Below, one piece after another: positions 18,073 to 27,653 of a DNA stretch of 64,000 bases. The stretch covers positions 1 to 64,000 of the forward strand of contig CBDCTZ010000013.1 in the NCBI GenBank assembly GCA_965222375.1, read 5' to 3'. Under the pieces are notes generated by a model. That model did no database searches. It saw only the letters and a program-made list of their open reading frames with translations, and was not told where the DNA came from. Both the position numbers and the translations under genes were made by a program. This stretch comes from Polyangiaceae bacterium. GTDB lineage: Bacteria > Myxococcota_A > Polyangia > Polyangiales > Polyangiaceae. The first letter of the stretch is position 1; each line of letters starts with the position of its first letter.

Positions 18073-19068
18073 TTCTTTGGCAAGCGTTTCCTCTCCACGC
18101 ATCTGAATCGGTGGGTGAGTGCGGATCCGCTCGCGATTCATTCGCCGGGGGAAGCGGATTTAAACGTGTATGCCTACGTGCGGGGTCAGGCGCTTAAGGC
18201 CGTCGATCCACTTGGGTTGCAGGAAACTCCTCAGGACAAGGCGGGACAGGCGCTGTCGGAGCAGGCGAACCAGGTTCCCGGGGGTGGCGCCTGCGGCAAG
18301 AACATGAGCTGCGGTCCGTCGCCGTGGCAAGTAAGCGTTGCGAGTACGTCAAACCTGCTGAACCGACCCAGCCCTTCCGCAGGCCGAACTGCGTCCGGCA
18401 GTGCACCCACGGGGGGAGGAGGAAGTTCCGTGCCCGGTGGAGGCGGCACAGGGTCGCGTGCGCAGGTACAGGCAGCGCTGGAGCCGCATCTCACGACTGA
18501 CACCAGCACGTCTAGCGACCCATCCGGAGCTGTCACCGACGTGGGCACAGGCTTCGCCGCAACGGGCTTCTCCACAGCCGGTGGTCGAACTCTTTACGAT
18601 CGAGTCACACGTTCCATGTTTAGCCGCCTACCGAGCAGTCCAAAGGGAGCGGAAAGGATGGTGTGGGCTCGTGGCGTGGAACGACTCGGCGTACGCGCGT
18701 TCAGCGTTGGCGCATCTGCCTATTTCTCGTACCAATTGGCCAAGCCTCACCTGGAACGGGGCGACTACGGTGGTGCAGCTGTGCGAGCAACACCATTTGT
18801 TGTGACGCTGGGGACCAATGCAGCCTTCTTCTACCGTGACGCCAGGAAATACGGCAGCATGTGGGGGGTGATCGGCAACACTGCAGAGCGTGGGAGCAAG
18901 ATCGGGGACGTGTTCGTGGGAACTGGGTCGGCTGCAAGGACAAGCGCCGAATTGGGTGGCAAACTACGTGTCGCCGGGAAGGCGCTGGGGTACGTTGGTT
19001 TTGTCATGGACCTCTCGCAAACGCAGTCGGACGCGCCACGACCAGGCTGCATAGGCTGCCCACGCTAG
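18073..19068 (+). CDS. Orphan Rhs C-terminal module, unassigned Gly/Ala-rich toxin domain
   Basis: FFGKRFLSTHLNRWVSADPL..NVYAYVRGQALKAVDPLG then a unique tip with hydrophobic/amphipathic stretches; no canonical start. Confidence 0.7.
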   Translation, partial: FFGKRFLSTHLNRWVSADPLAIHSPGEADLNVYAYVRGQALKAVDPLGLQETPQDKAGQALSEQANQVPGGGACGKNMSCGPSPWQVSVASTSNLLNRPSPSAGRTASGSAPTGGGGSSVPGGGGTGSRAQVQAALEPHLTTDTSTSSDPSGAVTDVGTGFAATGFSTAGGRTLYDRVTRSMFSRLPSSPKGAERMVWARGVERLGVRAFSVGASAYFSYQLAKPHLERGDYGGAAVRATPFVVTLGTNAAFFYRDARKYGSMWGVIGNTAERGSKIGDVFVGTGSAARTSAELGGKLRVAGKALGYVGFVMDLSQTQSDAPRPGCIGCPR

Positions 19069-19082
19069 CGAGTTCGGACGGA

Positions 19083-19457
19083 ATGCCCGAGCCCTATCGT
19101 TCACCGTTTGGTGAGGAGGTGAAGATCTCAGACCAGAGTCTGTTGCAAGCGGTGCAGGCGGGGAGCTTTGAACTCGCCGAGTTCATATTTGAGCGCTTGC
19201 CAAGGGAATTGCGGAAAATTCCGAGCCTGCGGCGTGATCTGCCAACACACTTGCTCGGTCGCGTGGTCGTTGCGTGGCGACCGACGATGGGGGATCGCCT
19301 CATGTCGCTATTTGCGGGTGAGGGTGCAAAAGGGCCGTGGCGGCTTGAACTGGATGGGAAAGCGGTCGTGGTGGGCTTCGACCACTTCGTAGTTGTCAGT
19401 CCGCTCGTGACCGACAAGGAAGTCGCACTCCTACGAGGAGCACGACTGATTGACTGA
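19083..19457 (+). CDS. Putative immunity protein, family not recognised
   Basis: 124-aa ORF (MPEPYRSPFGEEVKI..) 14 nt after the toxin stop; positional inference. Confidence 0.55.
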   Translation: MPEPYRSPFGEEVKISDQSLLQAVQAGSFELAEFIFERLPRELRKIPSLRRDLPTHLLGRVVVAWRPTMGDRLMSLFAGEGAKGPWRLELDGKAVVVGFDHFVVVSPLVTDKEVALLRGARLID

Positions 19458-19540
19458 TCTGATGCTGCAGGCAACCTGGCGACAGTCGGATGGGCTGGTG
19501 CTGCTGATTCGTCGAGCTTCTTTTGCCTCGCCGTCCCCAA

Positions 19541-19763
19541 GTCCCGCGGCGGACGCTCATGAGTCCGGCGCGGGGCGAGCCGTGGAGCGCGCAAGCGCAG
19601 TCTCGCGTTGACAGATTGAGTCTGGCTAATGCTTCGTTGGCCTGCGGCGCAGCGCCAAACGGCGACGCGATCGGCTGCTCACGTTGAACTCCATCCGGGC
19701 ATGGACGCGCCAGGCGCCGTCTGGCCCAACGCCCGCATTAGCCAGCCAGTGACGTGGATGGTG
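19541..19763. other. Conserved structured non-coding segment, copy 3 (diverged)
   Basis: Homologous to 23-245 with a compensatory pair change (T19637-A19729 vs C119-G211). Confidence 0.6.
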
Positions 19764-19769
19764 GCGCGG

Positions 19770-20144
19770 TCAGCTGGCTTTTCTGGCTGCTAGGAAGGCG
19801 TCTATGGTGCGCAGCAGCGCGTCCTGATCTCGCTTCGGCAGTTGGTCCATCATTTGGATCCGGCGCAGGAAACGTCGGTTTCCGATCGTCCCATTCTTCT
19901 TGGCGGCCTTCACGCCGAGCAGCTCATCGGTGGAGACGCCCAGGGCGCTTGCGAGACGTGCGACCACGTCGGCATACGGGCGAAGCTTGTCCCTCTCGTA
20001 GTCCGAAATCACGGCCTGGATCATTCCCACCTTGGCCGCTAGCTCGACCTGCGTGAAGCCACGCTCTTTGCGAACGCGAGCCAGCCTAGAGCCGAAGGAC
20101 TCAGTGGAACGAGAGGGTTTTCCGGAACGAGAGGTCCGCACCAT
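19770..20144 (-). CDS. XRE-family HTH regulator
   Basis: FGSRLARVRKERGFTQVELAAKVGMIQAVISDYERDKLRP..LASALGVSTDELLG. Confidence 0.9.
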   Translation of the reverse strand: MVRTSRSGKPSRSTESFGSRLARVRKERGFTQVELAAKVGMIQAVISDYERDKLRPYADVVARLASALGVSTDELLGVKAAKKNGTIGNRRFLRRIQMMDQLPKRDQDALLRTIDAFLAARKAS

Positions 20145-20179
20145 GAGCCAAGAGTCTAAGTGCAGAACAAGAAACCTCC

Positions 20180-20208
20180 TTGACGAATACAGTGGAGCAC
20201 TGTATTCG
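20180..20208 (+). promoter_or_regulatory. Putative promoter overlapped by operator palindrome
   Basis: CGAATACAGTG-GAG-CACTGTATTCG (20184-20208) overlapping TTGACG-N17-TATTCG; identical at 38050-38078. Confidence 0.55.
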
Positions 20209-20266
20209 AAGAACAGTTGAAGTCAAGCAGTTTGCGCTTGACAGCCTTTTCGTCCTGGAGCGTGAG

Positions 20267-23200
20267 ATGGCGAGAGTAAGCGAGGAAGAAATCCGGGCTT
20301 TGAAGCGGGAGATTTCGGTGGAGCGGCTCGCAGAGGCACGCGGGGTGAAGCTCAAGAAGCACGGCTCGGATCTGATCGGGCTGTGCCCGTTTCACGATGA
20401 CCGAGAGCCGAGCCTGGTGGTGACACCCGAGAAAAACCTGTGGCACTGCCTGGGTGCGTGCCAGGCGGGCGGGACAGTGATCGATTGGGTGATGAAAGCC
20501 GAGGGGCTGAGCTTTCGCCACGCCGTGGAAGTGTTGCGCAAGGACCATCTCTCCTTAGCCGCCGAGCCGCCGAAGGGACGGCCGCCGAAGATCGGAACCG
20601 CAAGGAAGCTGCCGGTGGTGGGCGCACAGAGCAGAGACAACGACGAGCTGCTGCGCGAGGTGGTGGACTACTACCACCAGGCGCTGTTGGAGAGCCCCGA
20701 GGCGCTTGAGTATCTGGAAAAGCGCGGGCTGGACAGCGACGAAGCCATCGCCCACTTCCGGCTGGGCTTCGCGAACCGCACGCTCGGCTACCGATTGCCC
20801 GCGAAGAACCGCCACAGCGGGGCAGATCTGCGTGGCCGACTGGTGGAAGTGGGTGTGTATCGCGAAAGTGGGCACGAGCACCTCAATGGCTCGCTGGTCA
20901 TTCCGGTCTTCGACGCCGAGGGCCGGGTGGTGGAGATGTACGGGCGCAAGATCACGCCTCGTCTGCGCAAGGGCACGCCGCTGCATCTGTACTTGCCCGG
21001 TCCGCACCGCGGCGTCTGGAACCTCTCCGGCATCGAAGGGGCCCGAGAGCTCATCTTGTGCGAGAGCCTGATCGATGCACTGACCTTCTGGTGCGCCGGC
21101 TTCCGGAACGTGACCACGGCGTACGGCGTGGAGGGGTTTACGGAGGAGCTACGCGAAGCGCTGGTGACTCAAGGCGTCCAGCGCGTGCTGATCGCCTACG
21201 ATCGGGACGACGCTGGAGATCGGGCAGCGGAGAAGATCTCGCGCGAGCTGGCGGAGTCCGGAGTGGGCAGTGCGCGGGTCTTGTTTCCGAAGGGCATGGA
21301 CGCGAACGAATACGCGCTGAAGGTGGCGCCGGCGTCGCAGAGCCTGGACCTGGCGCTGCGGCAAGCGCAGTGGATGCAGAAGGGCAAAGCGCGGAGCGTC
21401 GCTGTCAGTGATGCGCGTACCGACATCGAGCAAGCGGCATCGACCGCTGACGCACTGGAAGAGACGCCCATCGCGGATGCAGCGTCGCAACCAGACGCCG
21501 AGCCTCATCCCTCCTTAGCCGCAGAGCTGATTGCTGAGCCGGCGCAGTACGAGTCGGCACCTGCGAGCGCATCCACGTTGCCGACGGAGCATGATGCGTG
21601 GGCGGCTCCCGAAGCGGAGAGTGAGGGCGACGATCTGGTTTTCCGATTTGGAGATCGACGCTGGCGAGTGCGGGGCCTGGACAAGAACGCCGGTCCCGAG
21701 CAGCTGCGGGTGAATCTGCTGGTGGCCCGTGACGGCGGTGGATTTCACGTGGACACGCTGGAGCTGTACGCCGCGCGGCAGCGCGCGGTGTACGTGAAGC
21801 TGGCAGCGGAAGAGCTGGGGCTCGAAGAGCGTGTGGTGAAGCACGAGCTCGGCCAGGTGCTCTTGGCGCTGGAAGAGCGGCAGGAGGCCGAAAAGGTTGC
21901 AGCGCAGCAGAAGCAAGAGCGCGCGAAGCTGAGCGATGCCGACCGAGCCGCGGCGCTGAGGCTGCTGCGCTCGCCGGGGCTGTGCGAACAGATCTTGGAA
22001 GACTTCCGCCGGATGGGCGTGGTGGGCGAGGAAACGAACAAACTCGTCGGCTACTTGGCGGCAACGAGCCGCAAGCTGGACGAGCCGCTCGCCGTGATCA
22101 TCCAAAGCTCGAGCGCGGCCGGGAAGTCATCGCTGATGGACGCGGTGCTCGCTCTGATGCCGCTGGAAGAGCGGGTGCAGTACTCGGCGATGACGGGGCA
22201 GAGCTTGTTCTACATGGGCGAGAGCGACCTCTCGCACAAGATTTTGGCCATCGTCGAGGAGGAGGGGGCGGAGCGAGCGAGCTACGCGCTGAAGCTGCTG
22301 CAGAGCGAGGGGGAGCTCACGATCGCGAGCACGGGCAAAGATCCAGCGACGGGGCGGCTGGTGACGCAGGAGTATCGGGTGGCCGGCCCGGTGATGATCT
22401 TTTTGACGACGACGGCGATCGAAGTGGACGAAGAGCTTCTAAACCGCTGCATCGTGCTGACAGTGGACGAGGGGCGAGAGCAGACGCGAGCGATCCACGA
22501 GCGCCAGCGTCAGGCCCGGACTCTGGGCGGCGTGGTGAGCCGTCAGGAGCGTCGTCGCTTGACGTTGCTGCACCAGAACGCCCAACGCTTGCTCCGTCCG
22601 CTTTCGGTGGTGAATCCCTTTGCGGAGCAGCTGACGTTTCCCGATCACCGCACGCGAATGCGGCGAGATCACACGAAGTACCTGGGTCTGATCGACGCAA
22701 TCGCGCTGCTGCACCAGTACCAGCGTCCGGTCCACGAGGTGGAGCACCGGGGAAACAAGCTTCGGTACGTGGAGGTGACGAAGGAAGACATCGTCTTGGC
22801 GAACCGCCTCACTCGCGAGGTGCTGGGCCGAAGCCTCGACGAGCTGCCACCGCAAACCCGGCGCCTCTTGGGCCTAGTGGACGCGCTGGTGACGGCAGAG
22901 ACGAAGCGTCTGGGGCTAGATCGGTGCGACTATCGATTTAGCCGCCGAGAGCTGCGGGAGCACAGCGGCTGGGGCGACACGCAGCTGAAGGTGCACCTGG
23001 GGCGACTGGCGGAGCTGGAGTACGTGCTGGTGCACCGCGGTCGCCAGGGCCAAAGCTACGTGTACGAGCTGTGCTGGAGCAGAGAGGACGGTGCAGGCAC
23101 ATCTCTGGCGGGTTTGGCGGACGCAGAACAGCTCGATGCATTGACTACGATTTCAACTTCGCGGGGGTGCGAGGCAACTTCGCGGGGGTCAGACCCCAAC

Positions 23201-23401
23201 TTCGCGGGGGGTGGTCGGCCCTCGGTCGGGGGGCAGTCGGGGGGTGGTCGGGGCCATGAAATGGCCGCGTCGCAGCAGGAAAGCTCCTCGAATCGTGATC
23301 GAAAGCACGGCAGCGACGAAAACACGCGTCGCGGGAACGGAATTTCTTCGCCGTCGTACGTGAGAGGTGTCGTAGCGGCTCGTCGAGTGGACGTGAGCTG
23401 A
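20267..23401 (+). CDS. CHC2-Toprim primase / P-loop NTPase fusion
   Basis: Same motifs as copy 1; start set at ATG 20267 (GGAG RBS, aligns with copy 1); TGATG overlap with the integrase gene. Confidence 0.9.
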   Translation: MARVSEEEIRALKREISVERLAEARGVKLKKHGSDLIGLCPFHDDREPSLVVTPEKNLWHCLGACQAGGTVIDWVMKAEGLSFRHAVEVLRKDHLSLAAEPPKGRPPKIGTARKLPVVGAQSRDNDELLREVVDYYHQALLESPEALEYLEKRGLDSDEAIAHFRLGFANRTLGYRLPAKNRHSGADLRGRLVEVGVYRESGHEHLNGSLVIPVFDAEGRVVEMYGRKITPRLRKGTPLHLYLPGPHRGVWNLSGIEGARELILCESLIDALTFWCAGFRNVTTAYGVEGFTEELREALVTQGVQRVLIAYDRDDAGDRAAEKISRELAESGVGSARVLFPKGMDANEYALKVAPASQSLDLALRQAQWMQKGKARSVAVSDARTDIEQAASTADALEETPIADAASQPDAEPHPSLAAELIAEPAQYESAPASASTLPTEHDAWAAPEAESEGDDLVFRFGDRRWRVRGLDKNAGPEQLRVNLLVARDGGGFHVDTLELYAARQRAVYVKLAAEELGLEERVVKHELGQVLLALEERQEAEKVAAQQKQERAKLSDADRAAALRLLRSPGLCEQILEDFRRMGVVGEETNKLVGYLAATSRKLDEPLAVIIQSSSAAGKSSLMDAVLALMPLEERVQYSAMTGQSLFYMGESDLSHKILAIVEEEGAERASYALKLLQSEGELTIASTGKDPATGRLVTQEYRVAGPVMIFLTTTAIEVDEELLNRCIVLTVDEGREQTRAIHERQRQARTLGGVVSRQERRRLTLLHQNAQRLLRPLSVVNPFAEQLTFPDHRTRMRRDHTKYLGLIDAIALLHQYQRPVHEVEHRGNKLRYVEVTKEDIVLANRLTREVLGRSLDELPPQTRRLLGLVDALVTAETKRLGLDRCDYRFSRRELREHSGWGDTQLKVHLGRLAELEYVLVHRGRQGQSYVYELCWSREDGAGTSLAGLADAEQLDALTTISTSRGCEATSRGSDPNFAGGGRPSVGGQSGGGRGHEMAASQQESSSNRDRKHGSDENTRRGNGISSPSYVRGVVAARRVDVS

Positions 23402-24555
23402 TGCCGCCCAAGCAGCGCAAGGGACCGAAGCCGCCGCGAGTCATCGGCAACCTCGACGATCCCGATGGTTTTGGCGTCTGGGTGCGGCGTTACCTGGAGT
23501 GGCTCGCGGTGCGCAACTACTCGCCACGCACCGTGACGAACGCGGAATCGAGCCTGTCGCTCTTCGTGGTGTGGTGCAGCGCACGGAGCCTGACCAGGCC
23601 GTCAGAGCTGACGAAGCCGATCCTGGAGCGCTACCAGCGGCATCTGTACCACCTGCGGCGGCCTGACGGTCGGCCGCAGCTGTCGTTTCGGTCGCAGCAT
23701 GTGCGGCTAAGTGCAGTGCGGGGCTTCTTCCGCTGGCTGGTGAAACAGAACGCTCTGTCTGCCAACCCCGCCAGCGAGCTCGAGCTACCGCGATTGCCGA
23801 TGCGTTTACCCCGGGACGTGCTGACCGTCTCGGAGGTCGAGCGCGTCATGGCGCAGCCGGACACGCGGACGGCAGTGGGCGTGCGTGACCGGGCCATCCT
23901 GGAGGTCCTGTACTCAACCGGAGTGCGTCGCAGCGAAGTGGTGAGCTTGCGGCTGAGCGACGTCGACGTGGAGCGCGGCACGATCATGGTGCGGGAGGGC
24001 AAGGGTCGAAAAGACCGGATGGTGCCGGTGGGCGAGCGAGCGCTGGCCTGGGCGGCGCGTTACGTGCGGGACGTGCGCCCCGAACTCATGATGCCGCCCG
24101 ATCCCGGAGCGCTCTTTTTGACGACGCTGGGCGAGCAGATCACCCCGGACTGGCTCACGCAGGCCGTGCGCCGGTACGTGAAGGACGCGGACATTGGCAA
24201 GAGCGGGGCATGTCACATTTTTCGGCACACGATGGCGACGCTGATGCTCGAGGGGGGCGCCGACGTGCGTTACATCCAGGAAATGCTGGGCCACGTGCAC
24301 CTGGACTCGACCCAGGTGTACACGCGAGTGAGCATCCGCAAACTCAAAGCGATCCACGAAGCGACGCATCCGGGAGCGAAGCTGGAGCGCCTGGCAAAGA
24401 CGACGGGCGAGCGTGAGCAAGACGCGAAGCACTCGCTGGAGACGGCCATCGGCGAGTCGGGCGCATCACGGTCACCAAAGGCGCCGCTGACGGCGACGGC
24501 AGAGAAACGCTCCTCACCCTTAGCCGCTGATTTGCGACGCGAGGACAGCGAGTAG
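23401..24555 (+). CDS. XerC/XerD-like tyrosine recombinase
   Basis: GVRRSE, REGKG, CHIFRH, LGH, TQVYT. Confidence 0.93.
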   Translation: MPPKQRKGPKPPRVIGNLDDPDGFGVWVRRYLEWLAVRNYSPRTVTNAESSLSLFVVWCSARSLTRPSELTKPILERYQRHLYHLRRPDGRPQLSFRSQHVRLSAVRGFFRWLVKQNALSANPASELELPRLPMRLPRDVLTVSEVERVMAQPDTRTAVGVRDRAILEVLYSTGVRRSEVVSLRLSDVDVERGTIMVREGKGRKDRMVPVGERALAWAARYVRDVRPELMMPPDPGALFLTTLGEQITPDWLTQAVRRYVKDADIGKSGACHIFRHTMATLMLEGGADVRYIQEMLGHVHLDSTQVYTRVSIRKLKAIHEATHPGAKLERLAKTTGEREQDAKHSLETAIGESGASRSPKAPLTATAEKRSSPLAADLRREDSE

Positions 24556-24585
24556 CGGTCGGCGCTGGGACACAATTGCCGCTCC

Positions 24586-24766
24586 GCCCCCCGGCGCGAG
24601 TCGCTCGCTCGGCGGTGCGCATAATGCTGCATTATGCGCACCGCCCGGCGTCATGGGGCTTGCAACGCTGAGCTCGACGCGGCGGCTCGCTAGCAAGCCC
24701 CTCGCCGCCGGGTGCCCTCGCTCGCTAAACATAACAAGGGAATTATGTTTCCTCGCGCCGGGGGGC
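24586..24766. other. Folded region with dif-like palindromes, copy 3
   Basis: Outer inverted repeat 24586-24600/24752-24766; palindrome 24611-24645; AAACATAA-N8-TTATGTTT 24727-24750; compensatory changes relative to copy 1. Confidence 0.65.
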
Positions 24767-24974
24767 TGCGCTCCACAGTTGGCGGCGTGGTGCGAGTCAC
24801 GATGTACGACGCCGGCGCATCGCGTGCACCGTCCCGGCGAACGCGGCGGCCCCGCCCCGCCGCGCTCGCCTCATGGCGTCGTGGAACGGACCCACCCGCC
24901 CCTCGCGGTGCGGTCCGGCCTGCGTGGGTCCCTCCCACGCAGGCCTCAGTGCGTCCATTACCCCTCGCTGCGCG

Positions 24975-25817
24975 CTACTCGGCGAACAGCTCGTCGGTGG
25001 TCTTCACGGTGACGGCTTTGCGCGTCCAGGCTCGGAGTGTTTCGGCGTCATTGCATTCGAGGATGCGTTGCCGCTGCTCGTCGGAAACGGCCAGCTCGCG
25101 CGACTCGAGCACGTCGAGCAAGGCTTGAGCCCGCCCATCGCTGAACGACCGCTTCAGTGACTTGTCCTGGTACTCGTGTGTTTGCGGGAGCATCTCGAAA
25201 GCCTTCCTGGCAGCTTCGCTGAGCGCCGAGATAATGAGATCATAGTACACCGCGAAGCGTTGTGCACCGAGCTGAGAACTCGCTCGTGCTGCAATGTCAG
25301 CCAAGCGCACCGCGTCGTCGATAGCTGTGTGGCCGTGGGCAATGGCGCTGAGGACAGCGAGCTCGGGTGCCCGCTTGGCCTGGTCCAGGTCGTCGACCAA
25401 TGGGACGCCCTCCGGACCGATGACGAAGGGCAACAGGCTGGCCCGCTCACCCAGCCGAATGGGTCGAGCCGCCCAGGTGGCCACCTTGGCGTCCGGAGCG
25501 ACCACGAGCAACTCAACGGGACAGCGAATGCGAGCACGCAGATTGGCCACGTAGACCGGCCATGTGAACGGCTTGTCGTCGTCGGGGGCGAGCTGGACCT
25601 CGACGACGATCCCCATCACGGCAATGCCGTCGACGAGCAGCACGACCAAGTCCGCGTAGCGAGCCGCGGGAGCCACATCGGTCAGCTCAGCGCTCTCGAG
25701 GCGTGCTTCGGTGTACGCCGGCAACTCGACGCCGAGAGCATCACGCAAAAGCTCTGCAGCCAACTCTGGACGATTGCGGAACAACAAGAACAGGGCCTCG
25801 TGCAGGAACGACGGCAT
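24975..25817 (-). CDS. Rpn-like PD-(D/E)XK nuclease-fold protein
   Basis: RYADLVVLL..GIVVEVQL motif; C-terminus GRAQALLDVL..RILEC.D.ETL..W.RKAVT resembles Rpn/DUF4351 tails. Confidence 0.65.
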   Translation of the reverse strand: MPSFLHEALFLLFRNRPELAAELLRDALGVELPAYTEARLESAELTDVAPAARYADLVVLLVDGIAVMGIVVEVQLAPDDDKPFTWPVYVANLRARIRCPVELLVVAPDAKVATWAARPIRLGERASLLPFVIGPEGVPLVDDLDQAKRAPELAVLSAIAHGHTAIDDAVRLADIAARASSQLGAQRFAVYYDLIISALSEAARKAFEMLPQTHEYQDKSLKRSFSDGRAQALLDVLESRELAVSDEQRQRILECNDAETLRAWTRKAVTVKTTDELFAE

Positions 25818-26041
25818 GCCCCGAACCTAGACCCTTCTCTTTTTAGCCGCCAGAAATCACGCCTCGAAACGCATGTGCGCATGCAGTCTCGCGTCGACCA
25901 AAAAGCGCGTGTAGCCTCAAACACGCGTCAGGGGATTTTCGCTGCCACGCGGCTCCCCGCATCAGGTCGTTGAGTTTCTAAGTAGCGATACGCGCCCGAG
26001 AAATCGAGGCTGCGCGTACGACGTTTGCGTCCGACTCATGT

Positions 26042-27025
26042 TTCACGGGGAAGGAGAGCGATGTCGAGGTTGGGCTGACGTACTTCGGGAAGCGGTTCTT
26101 GAGTACGCACTTGCAGAGGTGGGTGAGTGCGGATCCGTTGGGCGTTCACACGCTGGGCGCAGACTCAAATGTATATGCGTACGTGAGTGGCATGGCGTTG
26201 AAGGAAATTGACCCAATGGGGCTGCAACCGCGAACGGCGCACGACGTGAAAGCAGAACAAGCCGGTGCGGCGGCGGACAAGCAAAGGCTTGAATCCGGGG
26301 AAATAGTGGCGGTAGATCCTCGAGCCGCCGCCTGGAAGAACGCTTCCGTTGCCGCCGCCGTTTATTCGGAAACGGAGGCGCTTGACAATTGGCACAAGCG
26401 AAACGGCGTGGCGAAAGGGGAACTGTACTGGGCTGAGCGAGGTGCAATTCTCGAGCAGGGCGAAGCGCTTCTTGATCACAGGGCGGCCGGGAAGATCTAC
26501 GACGCCGAGTTCAAGGTGGCGGCCGCTACCTATGCGTATCGGATGGCGGCCAGCGGGTACTCGTACGAGCTGGGAACCTCAGGAAGCACCCCAACCGTGG
26601 CGCACAAGCCAGCGGTGAAACCGGCTTCAGGCGGACGGAAGGCGGTGGTTCCACTCACGCCGAGGACGCAAACCAGAGGAATGGGTGAGTATGGTCGTGT
26701 TGGCGGGCATCACGTGCATGCGAAGGCAGCGTTTCGGGGGCACGCAACCTACGACGCGAGGAAGGGGTTCAGCGTATCGCAGGAGTACATGGCCAAGCGC
26801 GGCTGGTCGCACGAAGAAATGACGGCCAGTCAGCAACGTGGATTCAGGGATCTGAGGAAGAGCGGGAGGCCAAACACAATGGCGGAGCACAGCAGGATTG
26901 CACGTGAGGCCCTGGTTGCGGGGGGTGCAACACGTGCTGAGGCTGCTTCGCTTGTCAGGAAGTCCCTCGCCAATTTGCGTAGACAGAAGGTGAAGGGGCC
27001 GTCCAGAATCCCATGGGAAAAGTGA
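26042..27025 (+). CDS. Orphan Rhs C-terminal module with His-rich putative nuclease tip
   Basis: FTGKESDVEVGLTYFGKRFLSTHLQRWVSADPL..DPMG; tip has GGHHVH and further His residues; in-frame TAA at 25979-25981 and no ATG before the core. Confidence 0.7.
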   Translation, partial: FTGKESDVEVGLTYFGKRFLSTHLQRWVSADPLGVHTLGADSNVYAYVSGMALKEIDPMGLQPRTAHDVKAEQAGAAADKQRLESGEIVAVDPRAAAWKNASVAAAVYSETEALDNWHKRNGVAKGELYWAERGAILEQGEALLDHRAAGKIYDAEFKVAAATYAYRMAASGYSYELGTSGSTPTVAHKPAVKPASGGRKAVVPLTPRTQTRGMGEYGRVGGHHVHAKAAFRGHATYDARKGFSVSQEYMAKRGWSHEEMTASQQRGFRDLRKSGRPNTMAEHSRIAREALVAGGATRAEAASLVRKSLANLRRQKVKGPSRIPWEK

Positions 27026-27035
27026 TGGTGGCGAT

Positions 27036-27407
27036 ATGAGCAAGGAACTAGATGCAATTGGCAAGCTGATCATGGAGCGCTTGCGCGACTCGGGATTCAG
27101 CTTTGCTGACGGGCTTGTTAGCGGTCATTGGAAAGCACCGAGGCTTGGTGGTCTTCAATCCGACTTGGCCGCCGCTGACGACGAGTGCAGAGAGCTAGCC
27201 GTTCGCTGTACACGAGTCGCGATCGACCATGCCGTGCACGACTTCTTGTTCGCGTTGCACGAAGCTTGTGAGGCCGGAGAGATTTCCGTGTCGATGGGTG
27301 GCAAGGATGTGGAGGAATTGTCGGACGGTCTGCAAGGAGAACTGTTCACCGAGGACGGGTGGCAGGCCCGTTTCAGCAGGTATGGCGAACGACCGGACGA
27401 AGCATAG
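27036..27407 (+). CDS. Putative cognate immunity protein
   Basis: Acidic 123-aa ORF 10 nt after the toxin stop; SDGLQGELFTEDGW motif. Confidence 0.7.
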   Translation: MSKELDAIGKLIMERLRDSGFSFADGLVSGHWKAPRLGGLQSDLAAADDECRELAVRCTRVAIDHAVHDFLFALHEACEAGEISVSMGGKDVEELSDGLQGELFTEDGWQARFSRYGERPDEA

Positions 27408-27653
27408 GTCGGAGGCTCGCATGCGAAGGTCGAAACTGTGCGGTGTATTGCGCCAGCGACTTGTTCACCCAGAAAACCGCGCAATTGTGAGCACAACGTG
27501 ACTGGAATTTCGGACTCTGATCGCGCTCCACGCTGCAGCAGGCATTCGTGGAAGGACGCGTTCGAGCGTGGCAGTACGCGTCCAGACGCAAGATCCCAAA
27601 TCGCAAACGCACGAGTGCCTCGATGCATGGCGAAACAAAACGCATTGCGCGAT

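Larger units (their letters stand above)
19541..26041 (+). mobile_element. Primase-integrase integrative element, copy 3 (variant)
   Basis: Same module order with a different XRE gene, diverged primase/integrase and different cargo. Confidence 0.75.
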
